DNA from: Magallana gigas
Lineage: Eukaryota
Assembly (NCBI RefSeq): GCF_963853765.1
Contig: NC_088854.1
Location: 50,840,001-50,904,000, forward strand
Reading direction: 5' to 3'
Length of the DNA: 64,000 bases
The notes beneath the pieces were generated by a model, which saw only the letters and a program-made list of their open reading frames with translations, had not been told where the DNA came from and did not search any database. How positions within the stretch are numbered: position 1 is the first letter of the stretch; every line of letters starts with the position of its first letter. Positions 1 to 14,130 of the stretch are shown piece by piece. A program made the position numbers and the translations under genes.

Positions 1-459
1 TGAACTTCTTGTTTAATTGAGTTAATATTTGAAATAGAAAAGGATTCCTACAGGCCCAAAGTATCATATTTTTGGCCAGACAACCTGCCTTCAATCCTCT
101 ACATTATCATTTACTGTGTATTCTCCTATGTATTAATTTTCTTAAGCAAACCGATTGTAATTCACAGCGCTGTAAAAACTGACAGGACTGATATCTACAC
201 GTCCGTTTATCATATTGGTCGAAACCTTCCACATTCTAAGAAAAATCATGGACTGCACGAGTAATCTGATGATGATGATTATTAATAATTAAATTATTTA
301 TTACAAGAAAGATGTAAATATAATTAAATGATACAATGTTATCGTTGATGATTCATGCGGACTGTGAGGGTATAGGTTTTTCCTGCAATGTGGCAAAGAA
401 GAGTACTAACGTGGCGAAGCTCACTTCATTGCAGCATACCCTATGTAATTAATATATGA

Positions 460-900
460 AAAAGGGGCCAATCGGCCATATCACTCATCTAAGCAACCAT
501 CTTTTACTCTAACCCGAAGTAATTAACTAATTTGAAAAAAGTTCCATCCAATTAAAATATCGCGTTTCTAATACAGCAATTATGTAGCATTTTCTTTTTT
601 AATTTAATGATTAGTTGGGTCGTGGTTTAAACAAGCTTGAATTTAACATATATCTGAAGTAATACTAGTATGTAATTGAGCTGATGCAGCATGTACATGC
701 TATTTGGCTCTGGAGAAGAAGGTTTAAAATTACTTAGCACTATCGCTTTTATTTTTTAATTATCTCCCCTTTAAATTGCATTGTCCTTTAAATCTATTTG
801 TAAATTTTAGAACGCCCTTAACCTAAGAATGCTTATGTAAAATTTAATATAAATTAACACGTGGTTCTGGAGAAGAAAAGAAAATGTGAAAATTCTACTC
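460..900 (-). mobile_element. Degenerate non-autonomous Helentron/HINE-like fragment
   Basis: 460-490 (aaaaggggccaatcggccatatcactcatct) resembles the reverse complement of the 3' end of the element at 17348-17380. 680-895 holds ttctggagaagaa / gaaaatgtgaaaatt motifs matching the reverse complement of that element's head. Confidence 0.45.
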
Positions 901-2599
901 ACTACTAACTTGACGCTTCAACTTTAATATAGTAAAGCTAAAATGAAAACTTAGCCAGTGGTAGAGAATAGTATGTGATCTACAGAAAACAGAGCCAATA
1001 CGGTAGTATGGGGGTCACGGCGGGTCAGTTTTGAAGTTGAGGGTCCCGTACGGATATAATTTTTTATATTGAGTTTTGTACAATGTCAATGTATTTACAC
1101 GTTTGATAAATTTGTTTGAATTGTATCAATATTTCAGTTTGGGAGTACGATATATCATACTCATGTTATTTGAAAACTGAAAAAAGAACCACTTTAACAA
1201 GTGCATGGACTGTGGGTATAGTACTTGACAAACTCCGATTTGATGAATGCGGCGTCTACTCATTGGTAACTACTCAGTCATTGGTTAATAGGTATGAATA
1301 CATTAAACCCAATGACACTTGTACAACTTCATCTATTGCTGTATACTTTAAATGATTTCACACAATAAATAGCAGATATTTGAGAAAAAAAACTTTCAGA
1401 CTTCGACAGTTTATGAATATTGATTAGCGTTTCTTAGCAAATTAGAAAGAAGTGACTCAATATTTGACATCTTGTTTTGATGAGCAAAATATAAGAGATA
1501 CAAGTACATATGTCGATAGACCGAGCTTAGAATGGTTCTAGCTGGTGGGATTAAGTCTTTTTAGCTTTGTTGGTTCATATACGTTCATCCAATGCTTAAA
1601 AGGATAATATTCCATTATTAAATAGATTTCTGGGACAGATAGGATCCACAAATAAAAGTAAGATTATGTTCAATTAATTTCATTTGTGAATCTTTGGTCA
1701 GATGGTTGGTTATCATATATAAGTATGTATAATTCCCCAAGATGTAATGAAATATAATATCCTAAGATAATGTCGAAGATGTTCCCATTATTTTCCTGGA
1801 AGTATACACTCTAATATAAGTAATCGGATGATATGACTATAGTTTATGGTTAAGTCCATCTATCAGTATTGCAGCAAAAGGGAGATGGCATCTATGCAGT
1901 TTTGGTGCGCGGTAAATGACGTATACCGCATATATTGGAGAAACCATCATCTGTCCAAGACCAGAAGCCGTTGATTGTGTAACAGAACGTTTTTATGATG
2001 CTTTCGTCGACGTCTATATTTAGGAAGAGTAGCCTGTTACTAAGAGTAAAACGTTAAAATTTGTTTTTACAGAAACATTAGCTATGACCGAACGTTTTCA
2101 TGTACTAACAAACATACAGAAGATTAAAATGAATCATAAAAGAAAGTACTTAAGCGTTTCAATTCATATCTTTCATTCGAGCTTTTTAAAATTTCCATGT
2201 AAAAAAGTAAAAGTACTTTAAAATACTGCTTTAACAGTATCTGTGGTAAATAAGTTATAAAGAATAGACTGTCGTTAGTCCGTTCAATCCATTTTATCAC
2301 TGTATCCAAAATCACATCGAAAAAAATATGTCTTACAACGCCTGCATGTTAACTTTTCCTATTAGTAAATTGGTCTTTTATTCATCCACGGAACATATTA
2401 CTCAATAATATCCACCAATTGGAATAAATTCTTTTTGTCATTTGTTCATTGAATGTGAAACAGACGTACCAAACATGAAGAGTTTACCTGCTACATTGCA
2501 AAAGTTAAAGCCATGCAAATATTTAAGTTTTCGCAAAAAGAGACGGAAGGAGAGAGACAGGAGAAATTAATTATGCCCCCATTACCAATACTTGATCTT

Positions 2600-2601
<2 letters not shown>

Positions 2602-2665
<64 letters not shown>
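2602..2665. repeat. (GA)n microsatellite
   Basis: About 32 GA units read directly. Confidence 0.98.
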
Positions 2666-2669
<4 letters not shown>

Positions 2670-4911
2670 CGCGACCCCAATCCATTACCCCGAAGCTGCA
2701 GTAAGCCGGGGGATTGTGTTGTTAAGGGAAAACACGTGCGTGCGTGCTTCACGAAATATTAGTCAAAACATTTTATGACGAGTGATGTTTTAAAGGTCAT
2801 TGATAGATTTTAATTCAATTAATTTAAAGAGTGACTTAGAAAGATGTAAAATTCATGAAATTGCTATACATCTACATGACATGTACATCTACATGTATAA
2901 ACAATGACGTTGCACAATTGCAGGTTTCCAGTACGTCGATATGTTTGGCCTTTATAATGCACACTTTGCATGACTTAGGCGAGTTTCCAGTGCTGATAAA
3001 TGATTCCTATAGTATTTTTTGTTTGTTTTTGTTTTGGATCAGGATGCAAACGGAAGCTTGCTAGACGCCTTGTGCGTCACGAAAACGATGACGTAATCAC
3101 GAAGCAAATTATGAAGTTTGGTAATTGCTTAACTGCTTGGAGGTTAGGATCAAGTGTCACTGACTTCTTTGCTGTTACAGATTAGTTCTCCCTCCATTTT
3201 AATTAGGTAGATTGGTTTGGAGTCCTAAGTCGTGCACAAAAAAGAATTACTTAAACGTTGTTATTCTGTCTGACCGTTGCTGGTTACAATGGGGTAATTT
3301 AGTGATCGATTGTGAAGGTTACATTCTTGCAGATATAATGCGGTCATGTGTAAGAGAGAGAGAAAACCTTACAACGACGTATTATGAAACTGCTAGACTA
3401 ATTGAGTTATACTACTAGTATTCATTAGAACAATTCTCATGTGAAATGCAGCGTAATGGATTTCATTTGTTGCTGTTTTGTTTTCAAAACACAGTGTTCA
3501 ACACGCGGCTTCCGTGTTAATGTTGAATTTTGTTTATTGAAATAATTTGCTTGTCAATTCTTTTCTCGACTTTAAATCTTGGAATAAATAGAGGAAAATA
3601 TTATATATACAATGCCAAAAGATTACTTCTAATAAATAAGGGGAGTAGGTAATCAGTGTTTCGTAGAATACGTTGATTAACGAACATTTGATAAAAGTAT
3701 TATGTATTGTAAATGTTATAATGGGGAACATTGTTATTCAAAGCATTGTCAAAAGTAAAAATATCGTTAATTACGTTTGTCAGTGCAGTTTAGAATTTTC
3801 AAGAAAATAGCAATGGCCTTGTTGTTGACTACTTAAAAAATATTTAAAGACAGACTAACACAGAGACAGACAGACAGAAAGACAGACAGACATATTCCAA
3901 TCAATGATTGCAAAGAACAGAACTGCAAGAGTAGAATGTAGAGATCTTTGTGGACTGTTTAACATGCCGTTTTCCATCAATCACCCCCTGATATTTTGTA
4001 CTTTCTTTAAGTGATGACTCGGCGAAATAAAAGATGCATATTGTTTTGTCTGTGCTGAGAAAACCGGTTTAATTCAATTAAACAGTTCAAAATAGATCAG
4101 ATCTTGCTCTGCTAGGGAATGCACTGATGGTAATCGCCATACGTGGCTCCAAAGAGGTCGGCATTATTGGTTTGGCAGACGACAAACTTTGACGAATTAA
4201 CTACATGCCTGCACGCGCATTCCATCAGTTTGCATGCTCTACATTCATCATCTGTTACCTGACCAGCAATAGCATCCTGCGCTGTGCTAGCAGTCTAAGA
4301 AGCGCAATATTCCGCCGAGTTCAAGGTGGGTTCTTGACCACGGTAGCCAGGATACAACGTCACGTAACGTCACGCAATCTTACGCCATGGGTCAGTCGCT
4401 GCTCTCTCAATTATTTACCCAGGGGGTTATGCCGATTGATATCTTTTAATTAATTTCTGCGAGGCGTGTAACAACTTTTAAAGACAGAATGTTTAATGAA
4501 ATATGCAGCAGGTAGCTGTACACAAAACACATGTTTTGTTTTTACATGTTACCTACAGTGCAAATTACAGATTGTACGTATATGTATATTGATATGTGAG
4601 ATTATATGGGAATTAAAGTCAGTAGAATTACACGCGAAGTAAACTTAGAAGCAAACAAACTCAGGTCAAAACGAGGGAAAATCCAGTATCAACAGATATC
4701 TAATAAATGCTGTCAAATCGATATTCTAGCACCAACAGGAGCAGAGATGCATTTGATTTTCTATTACAAGGGAATCCCAGTCACACACGCTGTTGTTTTA
4801 TGCAGGAAATTCATCTCCATTGATCAGTGATGGACGAGGGCAAAACGTAAAGCAGATATATGTGTGAGATATACGCTCTCTTTAGATAATAGATAATTGT
4901 GATATACTCAC

Positions 4912-4975
4912 AGTAGGTCCGTTTCTTTAGGTCCTCCACCTCCTCCTGTTTTAATTTGCTGTTTTTCTTCCCCAT
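4912..4975 (-). CDS. NCS1: Neuronal calcium sensor 1 (frequenin), first coding exon; rest of gene lies left of the window
   Basis: ATG at 4975 gives MGKKNSKLKQEEVEDLKKRTY+T followed by GTGAGT. The myristoylation-type MG start and sequence match the NCS-1/frequenin N-terminus, and the 64-nt phase-1 first coding exon matches known NCS1 structure. No further exon recognised in 1-4911. Confidence 0.85.
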
Positions 4976-5228
4976 GGTGGATTTATCATACAAAAACGCA
5001 TAAGTCAATGTACAGTTTTCCTAAGCTTAAATCCTTAGGTCCAAACCATAATGTGGGTACCTTTTTTCGAAATCACTGTAGCTGATAGTTTACATCCCTG
5101 ATGCTACATGTAGGCACAATAAACATTACATTAGGCACGAGAAGTTGAGGGAGCTCTTGTTGTAAGCCCTCTATTGGCAAAAACACAGATTCCGTCAATT
5201 CATTCCGAAAGTCAAGTTGCTGCAGCTG

Positions 5229-5295
5229 TATATATAGAACAGCTCTGTGTGTACACTCCCGAGGGGTTATGAAAGGCAATAAACTCCGCGCCAAT
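5229..5295 (-). promoter_or_regulatory. Candidate NCS1 core promoter (TATATATA 5229-5236, CCAAT 5291-5295)
   Basis: Motifs lie about 250-320 bp upstream of the ATG. Position-based inference only. Confidence 0.3.
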
Positions 5296-6010
5296 TAATG
5301 TGGAATTTCTTCTATAGAAGGAGAATTTTCGATCGATCGGAACAGTCCGTATTATTATTTAATCACGATTATCTCGAAAAATGATGTCAGTGCATGCACA
5401 GCAAATTGACCGAGCCAATGTTTAAATTCAATTTACGGATTAACGCAGTTGATTTTTTAAATGAATGAACAAATAACACAATGCATGATGATGCGTGGAT
5501 CGAATTGGGATTTAGAAAAAATATAATTATATTATTTAACTTTTAAAATACGAAATAAGGGTTTAACGGTAAAATGGTGTTAAAAGTTTAAATCAAAATG
5601 CAAATTTTTTTCAAATTGAATGAATAATAGAGTCTGTATCATTGATATCAAGAGTTAATCAAGCTGAATTAGATATTGGTATACACTTTTTGGAAAAGAT
5701 GTGAGAAAACAAAAACTCCACAATAAACAGCTTAGACCTTGGCCAACAAAACGTATTACAGTCCTACTGAGCGCGCCTGTGAGTGCTCGTATTTTGTGGG
5801 GTAATGGGAAAGTTTTATGTATAGCAGATGTGCACGCCCTTCTTGTCACGCCTGCCAAAGCATACCGCATGTCTGTAGCCATAGCGCAGATACCAAGTCC
5901 TGAATCACACTTTACAGGCAAGCAGTGAGGAAAAAACGCACAGTACTACAGAGCAGAGGAAATATCCTCCCGATTTTTTCATCCGAATTCTGTCTGTGCT
6001 TTTTATCTAT

Positions 6011-6013
<3 letters not shown>

Positions 6014-6066
<53 letters not shown>
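6014..6066. repeat. (CT)n microsatellite
   Basis: Read directly. Confidence 0.98.
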
Positions 6067-6070
<4 letters not shown>

Positions 6071-6980
6071 AGATGTATACTCAGTATCTTTTTATTTTGA
6101 ACAATTTCAATATTTTTGTATATTCTCAGAGATGTGTAACGTGTATGAAACCTTTTTACAAAAATAAATATTGTTTATTTAAAAGTACATGTACTTGTCT
6201 TGCGGTATGATAAACAATAATTAAATTAACCTGATGAAGCTATGATACCAAAACAAAGTCCGTGTAGATACTGTAAGGACCCGTCTTTGATTATTCCTTG
6301 TTTGCGTCGCAAACCAAAAAACATCTTTACATCTATTTATGCATTATTTAACCGTAAGAAATAGAAACGAGTTTCATCACGGAATCTGTGATCTTTCAAA
6401 GCTCTCACAATACTAGGTCAAAGTGGTTACCAGGGACATTAATGATACATGATTCCTCTAATTATAGGTTTCCTGCGTAGGAGATGGGCTTTCTGGTCTT
6501 TATATTTGTCCAGAAATAGCAACAGACCACGCATTTGAATTTTCGAACGCGAGCTGTCGTGATTAAAGATTGATTCCTGATCATTTATATTATTGCAAAG
6601 TAACAAACAATCGCTCGTTTGAAGTGTTCAAACGCACTTTCTTCGAGAATATCCCAATTCATTACGTTTTCGTTGATAAAAATACGTTTTAAAAAAATCA
6701 ACAATATTGCGTTTTAAGTCACAAATTGAGTTCTCAAGAGAGGAAAAAACTACATTAAGAGCATCATTACCCCCCCCCCCCCCGGTTTCTAAATCATGGT
6801 CTCATATTAACATGAAAAATACTTTTTTGTTGTTTCATACAGGTATCATGGTTAAAAATTACTAATTTACAAGCTACGAGTGATTGCAACAACTACTAGT
6901 ATATCATATGTATGTCAAATGACATCATGTTATATGGATGATATTAATTTATAATCTACTAATAATAAAACACTGTTTGT

Positions 6981-8383
6981 TTAAACCAAATTACGATCAT
7001 CCACTGATTAATCCAAATTGCGATCATTTACTGAATAAACCGAATTACGATCAGCTACTGAATAAACCGAATTGCAATCAGGTACTGATTTAACCGAATT
7101 GTACTAATTAATTAAATCCTAATTGCAATCAGCTACTAATTAAACCGAAATATGGCCAGCTACTGATTAAACCGAATTGCGATCAGCTACTGACCATGAT
7201 TAACCGAATTACGATCAGCTACTGATTAAACCGAATTACGATAAATTACTGATTAAACCGAATTATGATCAGCTACTGATTAAACCGAATAACGATCAGC
7301 TACATATTAAACCGAATTACGATCAACTTCTTGTTAAACCGAATAGCAATCAGCTACTGATTAAACCGAATTGCAATCAGCTACTGATTAAACCGGATTA
7401 CGATCAGCTACTGATTAAACCGAATTGCAATCAGCTACTGATTAAACCGAATGGCAATCAGCTACTGATTAAATGGAATTACGATTAGCTACTGATTAAA
7501 CCGAATTACGATCAGCTACTGATTAAACCGAATTGCAATCAGCTACTTATTAAATCGAATTACGATCAGCTACTTATTAAACCGAATTACGATTAGCTAC
7601 TGATTAAACCGAATTACGATCGACGACTGATTAAACCGAATTGCAATCAGCTACTGATTAAACCGAATGGCAATCAGCTACTGATTAAACCGAATTGCAA
7701 TCAGCTACTGAATAAACCAAATTGCAATCAGCTACTGATTAAATCGAATTACGATCAGCTACTGATTAAACCGAATTACGATCAGCTACTGTTTTAACCG
7801 AATTACGATCAGCTACTGAATAAACCGAATTGCAATCTGCTACTGATTAAACCGAATGGCAATCAGCTACTGATTAAAACGATTTACGATCAGCTACTGA
7901 TTAAACCGAATTACGATCAGCTACTGTTTTAACCGAATTACGATCAGCTACTGAATAAACCGAATTGCAATCTGCTACTTCTTAAACCTAACTGCAATCA
8001 GCTACGGATTAAACCGAATTGCAATCAGCTACTGATTAAACCAAATTGCAATCAGCTACTGATTAAATCGAATTACGATCAGCTACTGATTAAACCGAAT
8101 TACGATCTGCTATCAGCTACTGATTAAACCGAATTGCAATCAGCTACTGATTAAACCAGATTGCGATCAGCTACTGATTAACTGAATTGCTATCAGCTAC
8201 TGATTAAACCGAACTGCAATCAGCTGCCGGGTAACCCAAATTGCAATTAACTATTAATTAAACCGAATTACGATCAGTTACTGATTAAACCGAATTACGT
8301 CAGCTACTGACTAAACCTAATTATGATCAGTCACAGATTTAACCGATTTACGATCAGTTACTTATTATCCGAATTATGATCAC
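6981..8383. repeat. 27-bp minisatellite, about 50 copies
   Basis: Consensus GATTAAACCGAATT(AC/GC)(G/A)ATCAGCTACT, homogeneous in the centre and decayed at both edges. Confidence 0.95.
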
Positions 8384-10419
8384 ACCAGTTTCAATCAATC
8401 GGCCTGTGTACGCATTCCTTGAACATTTTAAAACTGCCTTTAAACGCATTATCAATCAGTGTTCAGTTCATTAATTGAGAACGTTTATTTAAGTATATCA
8501 AGTGATAATTGTGTGCACCCTTAAATATAGTCTCTAATTTTATACTTTTGAGGTTTGAAATGTCTGGACTATTTCGCGATCGATCAAAACTGTACATACA
8601 TTGAGAGCAGGGCCCTTCAGACTTCAAAATAGTCGTACATGTACATGTAATTACATACCATGTATGGAAGAATTGGCCGGGGTTTTTTTTTCCTATGTAA
8701 CGTATTGATCAAAGATAATGATAATTTAATCACATACTTTGTAATAAATATGGATAATAAAAATGAAGGCAAAGAAAGATGTAAATATAAAGGAAAAAGG
8801 GAAATGCTTTATTTGATGGTTCGTCATATTCACATGGGCTGTGAAAGAAGCGAGATTGCAGAAAAATTAACAAAACACGACGGTTTTTGGTTTTTTTTCC
8901 TGCAATGTCCGCTACCACCATATCTGTATGAACCACAAAAAAGCATCTTTGTATTGTTTAAATCATATAAAATTTTACCCTTTGAAACTCCATGAACTTT
9001 CGTTCTCGCAACACATCTCCGGCTGAAAACAGTCTTACAGCTTTTACTGCATATGTCATGTTTATTCGTTCATAAAATTGAGGACAATTTCTTAGAAATT
9101 TTGTCCCCAATGTTTGTTGAAGTTTTATTTAATTTATAATTGACATTTCTTTTCGAAAACAAAGCAAAATGGCTCTGTTAAAATTGTCCGTAAAGTTGAT
9201 GGATTTTAAAACCATCGTTATTTTCCCTATGGGAATATATTACTACGTTATCTTTTAAATTCATTTTTTTTTCTTTGATTACACAAAGTCATCATGGCTG
9301 ACAAATTAAAAAATGCATGTTTTTTTTCGACATTAAGCTTCAAAGAGTTTCCTTTTTTTTTTTAATTATATATTTTGAAAAACATAAAATAACAAATTCA
9401 GACCCAAAATACAACAAATATTGTAATACTCACTCAATATAAATGTATTTCTTACAAACATATCAAAGTTCTCTATTTTAAAACAGAACTACTTGTACAT
9501 GGAAATTATCCACCGCTTTCTGCGCCGAGTTTCTCAAAGATGACAAACTACAGATTTTAAAATATTATAAAACAAAGAAATCATTTAGAGTCATCCATAA
9601 CATAGGTGAAAAAATAACATGCATAGACTGACTGGAGAAGTTAGCTACCAGATTGTGTTGTACTGTTGTATGAGTTAGATGGACAATATACTCTCTACCA
9701 ATAGGTAGCTATAAGTAAAATATTTTAAAAAAAATGTACAACTTAATTTGCAATCCAATAGCTTTATCGTGAACAATTCTTCAATATTTCAACAAAAACC
9801 TCTGAACTTATAAAAGATGCATAGATGAATATGAGAGAGCAGATATGCAAATAACTGTATTTCAAAATTCATTGCACAAAAAAAATACTAATTGCATGTG
9901 TGTTGGGAAAGTTAAAGATGGATAAGACTTGAATGAAATATATGAGCCTTCGATTGCCAATTAATTCAATGGCATGCATACAACTCATTTCCTTCCCTCA
10001 TTTTGTATTGACTTTGGTGTTATGATTATTGGACTGCATAGGAAACTTTAAAGTAAATAGTTGTCATATAAAAATTACTCTCTAGAATACATAGTGATTC
10101 AAACAAAACACTAAAAATGTCTCATGTCAAAACAAAGATTCAAAGTTTGGAAACCCTGTGATATCCATAACAGTTTATAGACAGATAGATATATGTACAT
10201 GCATTTACTTCTCTCACAAAAAATTATGTGAAAAAAACAAAAATATGTCCAACTACATGACAAAGGCACATTTTACAAATGTAAGTTCAGAGAAAAGTAA
10301 GTACAATCTAAATCATCAAATCTAAAAATGAACAAATTCTTGCACACATAACATAAAAGTACTAGTAAGATATATCCTGAATCAGTTTGTAAGGTGTAAC
10401 TGAGCGTGGCTGATCCTCT

Positions 10420-12480
10420 TTATGAGTCGTACAATGGTGGAATGAGTTCGTACTTGTGTGTGGCACCTCCTTCTTCCATGATATGATCAAACAGCTGGGA
10501 CACACTCCTCTTACGACTTATGATCAGGTACCGCTCACTTCCCGTGCCCCTACTTTGGGTTTTCAGTCCAAGTTTTTGAGAATACTGATGAATGAAGGCC
10601 CTCTCCTCTTTGCTAAATTCTGGAGAAAAGGCCAGATCCTCTTGTTTTTCAGACTTTGCATAGTTGTCAATCACTTCCGTGATTTTCTTTTTGAAGTCCA
10701 CCATAGCCTTGGCATGGTCAGCATGTAATCCAAGTCCTTCTCTGTTCAAAAGAATGTGATTGGTCATCGTCACGGCAACTGGTTCAGCCAATCCTTTGTT
10801 TCCTTTTGCTCCTATTCCTCCCCCTGTCCATCCCATTTTTTTTAACAGTCGGCTGCCTATATTATCATCAGATATTGTTTTAACCTAAATGAAAAACAAA
10901 AGTTATGTCATTACCAGCTTTAAAACTTCCAATAATGTCATATACATGTAACAGTAGTTCAAAATTATATATGAAAATGCTACTTCCTGTTTGATTTTTG
11001 GAATATATTTTGACTTTATAGAATAACTGTGTACCTGTTTTTGAATTTCCCCCATGACTTTATCTCTGCTCACTTCAGACTCACTGGCATCAACAGTCTG
11101 TTTGATCTTGATTGTCCAGCAGATCTGTTTCAATCTCTCTAGGGCCTTTTCTGATGCCACTGACTTTGATGAGGCTTTTGTTGTCCCCATATACTCAACC
11201 AGATTGTGCCCATCTAAAAGAACTCTGCATCGTGTACCTGACATATCAGGATGAAAATCGTACTCCAATTCAGCGTGATTCATATCAGCACTAGTTTTGA
11301 GAACAGATATGGCATTCTGAGTTGTATTTGCTGTCTCAAAGATGATAAATCTAGTTAGATCACCATGTAACTCACTTTCCTTCCTTTTGACAGGCTTGGC
11401 TTTGGGGGCTGGTATCTCTTCAACTTCTGTTTTTATGAAGCCAGGATCATTTTCCGGTTCCTCATCAAAGGCCTGAAGTTCCTGCTTTTCGGGATTGACT
11501 CTCACTACTTTGATACATTTTCGTGACAATTTCTCCTGTCCAATTTCAAAAGCTTTATTTTTGGCCCCTTTCTTATTTGAATCCTCAGCTGTTGCTATGT
11601 CCACATTGTCAATGACAACAGTACAAGTGAATTTATTCTGCCCTTTTATTGAAACATCATTGAACTGAGTATCTATCTTCATTCTGGTTTTCATGGCAAC
11701 CATATGAAAAATGTCTATGGGAGATCTCTGTGGATGTTTCTTTTTATATGTGGCATAGTGATTAGAAAATGCATGAAACTGATTGTCTATTTCACTTATG
11801 AATGAGTTTGTTGGCATTTCAGGACCAACAGCATCTGTTATTTTTTCTTTTTTAACAAAACCTAATCCAGATTTCTGCTTCGGATTCTGAGCTGACAAAT
11901 GATCAACAACAGGCTGTGGTTGACAACTTGCCATGAATTCTTCTTTCATTAATTTCTGTTTGATACTTTCAGTGGCAACATCTGTACTATGGAAATCTGA
12001 ACTGGCTTTTACAAAGTGAAAGTTTGGTTTTGCTGTAGTCTTCTTAGCTGCTTCTTGTAAATTTTTAGAGACAGAAGATGGTTTATCAGAACTGGACAAA
12101 TTTGTAGAAATGGCTGTTTCCTTCTGCTCTTTCGCTGTTTCTGTGTCTGACTGCCTCACAAACTGAACAGTCTCCATCCCCTTCATTCTCTTTGGCAGAT
12201 TTTCTGCTTTACTGGTACATGGATTTGACCTCTGGGTGTTTAGACTATTGCTCATTTCTTGGATCTGTCCCATAACCAATGCAGGATACCTACATCCATA
12301 CATCTCAACATTCAAGTAACAGTTAGCAAGGCATACCAGCGATTCCATGTTTACTCTTCTGTAGTTGGCTATCATGAAGTCTCGTCTGAGTTCCCATTCT
12401 GTCTGGCTTTCATAAGGACTCCTATATCCTTCCACAATAGAGGATATTTCCTCCTCTGAAGTGTGGGTAGATGTCATCAT
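10420..12480 (-). CDS. NKRF: NF-kappa-B-repressing factor (XRN2-binding domain, dsRBD-like repeats, G-patch, R3H), about 636 aa
   Basis: Coding exons 12480-11035 (1446 nt) and 10884-10420, with a 150-bp phase-0 GT-AG intron. XTBD YRSPYESQTEWELRRDF..CRYP, G-patch ISDDNIGSRLLKKMGWTGGGIG, R3H FSKEERAFIHQYSQKLGLKTQSRG. A splice acceptor immediately precedes the ATG. Confidence 0.9.
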
Positions 12481-14015
12481 CTGAAATATGTTGAAGATTC
12501 TATATAGAAGAGGAATTATGTAACTTATGGAAAATCATAAAGTATTCAATAATTATGTATATGTGATCTTATTATAATTTTTTTAAGAAGCAACATAAAT
12601 TCACTCAATACACATATGTTCAAAATAACTCCCTTCTTTTAATTAAAGTTCATGCAATGCAAAATAAGACCAACAGTCAAATGAGTAATCTACAATTTCA
12701 TGCTAGGTTTATAGCTAGCAGGCATAAAGCGCAGGCAAAGCTTTGCACACTTTCTCAACAATACCTGGGTGATTAGAAAATTCAAATTTTTATTCCCTTT
12801 GACATACTAAATTGTCTGTCACCAGAAACATACCCACAATTCTGTGTTAATAACAAAATATCGCTACCAACGTAATGTTCTCATGAGAACAGGTAAAAAT
12901 GTATTTCAATAATGTCATGCATTAAAAAAGATAAAGAAAACATTCTGCTGATTCTAAAAATTGGTTTGCCACAAGTACCACGTAGTTTTAATCTATTTTC
13001 TTGGCAAATTGTTGGAAGCATTATTACTGAAAATGTCAAGTGATGTCTGCTCTACTAACATGACGTCACAATGTCAAGACAGAGCATGTGACCTTTTGGG
13101 TATTAATGAACATATAGATAGGCTGATACAACCGTGCACATTTACAGTGAATTTGATATTGAAATTGTGATAGTGTTATTGATTTTGCCCTCCAAATGGC
13201 TACACCATAGTACAAAAAATGTTTATACTGGAGTTTAGAATATATTTCACTTTTATTCATTTTATTTTATCATGTTGATGTCAGATACATCATTTGGTAA
13301 ACCACTTAAAACCAGGCTATAGTTTAGCATTATGAAAAATATATACCTGTGTGCATTAATTTCTTTCAAAGTTATGCACTCGCCCCAACAATCACACTAT
13401 ACATATTTCACCTATTTTTCTAATAATAAATTATTTTACAACAAATACTTCATAAAAAATTGCAAAGCTTTCGAATCAAAATGGTTAAGCTAATATTCCT
13501 TAGAGATATATTTTAAAGTAAAATAGGGTAAGAAAATCTTTAGCACATAGAACACCTGTATTCAATTCCGTTTAATAACTTAAACTGACCAGTAGCATTT
13601 TAGTGAATATAATGGGCATTTTTGGTGTTATTTTTCTTGTAATAGCAATGGTACATAAAAATCATTCTAGTAATTCTAGTTATCCGCCACATTTAGTTAC
13701 TAAGGCAATTAAAATATGGGTATGATTTGAAAGCCTGGAGATATTGATAATAGACTATATGCAAGTTCTACCGAATTCCAAACCAGAATCAATAAAATTG
13801 AAAAGTACAATCATTAAGCAACATGCTTAACTTGATCGAATTTATATGATTTATGAGGATGTTTGACAAAAGTGAAACTAGATATAAAACTGCATGGAAT
13901 CATAGTTTCGTTTTAAACAATCAAATTGCGTGCAGGATCGAATTGACCGATGAACTATTTTTCTATGAAGAGATTTCTACTTGTGACTTCAGAGTTCATA
14001 GACATTCAAACTTAC

Positions 14016-14130
14016 CAATCTGTTAACGCATCACCAGCACACAAAACTGTAGAAGAACAGTTTATTTTTTTCAGACTTTCTCGCTCGATTTTGTTTTAGA
14101 GGAAATCGTGAACGCTGGGAAAACAATGAA
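14016..14130 (-). other. NKRF: Probable non-coding 5' exon of NKRF
   Basis: Strong donor G|GTAAGT at 14016/14015 upstream of the acceptor at 12481. The 5' boundary is a guess. Confidence 0.4.

Noticed and set aside
2491-2704. ORFs with (SL)n or (ER)n
   Set aside because: Translation of a (GA)n microsatellite; the same applies to 5925-6167 and 54990-55178.
1-4911. Search for the 25-nt second exon of NCS1
   Set aside because: No matching microexon found by eye; presumed outside the window.
6981-8383. CRISPR-like or coding interpretation of the 27-bp array
   Set aside because: Eukaryotic context, no unique spacers, and in-frame stops in the only near-open frame.
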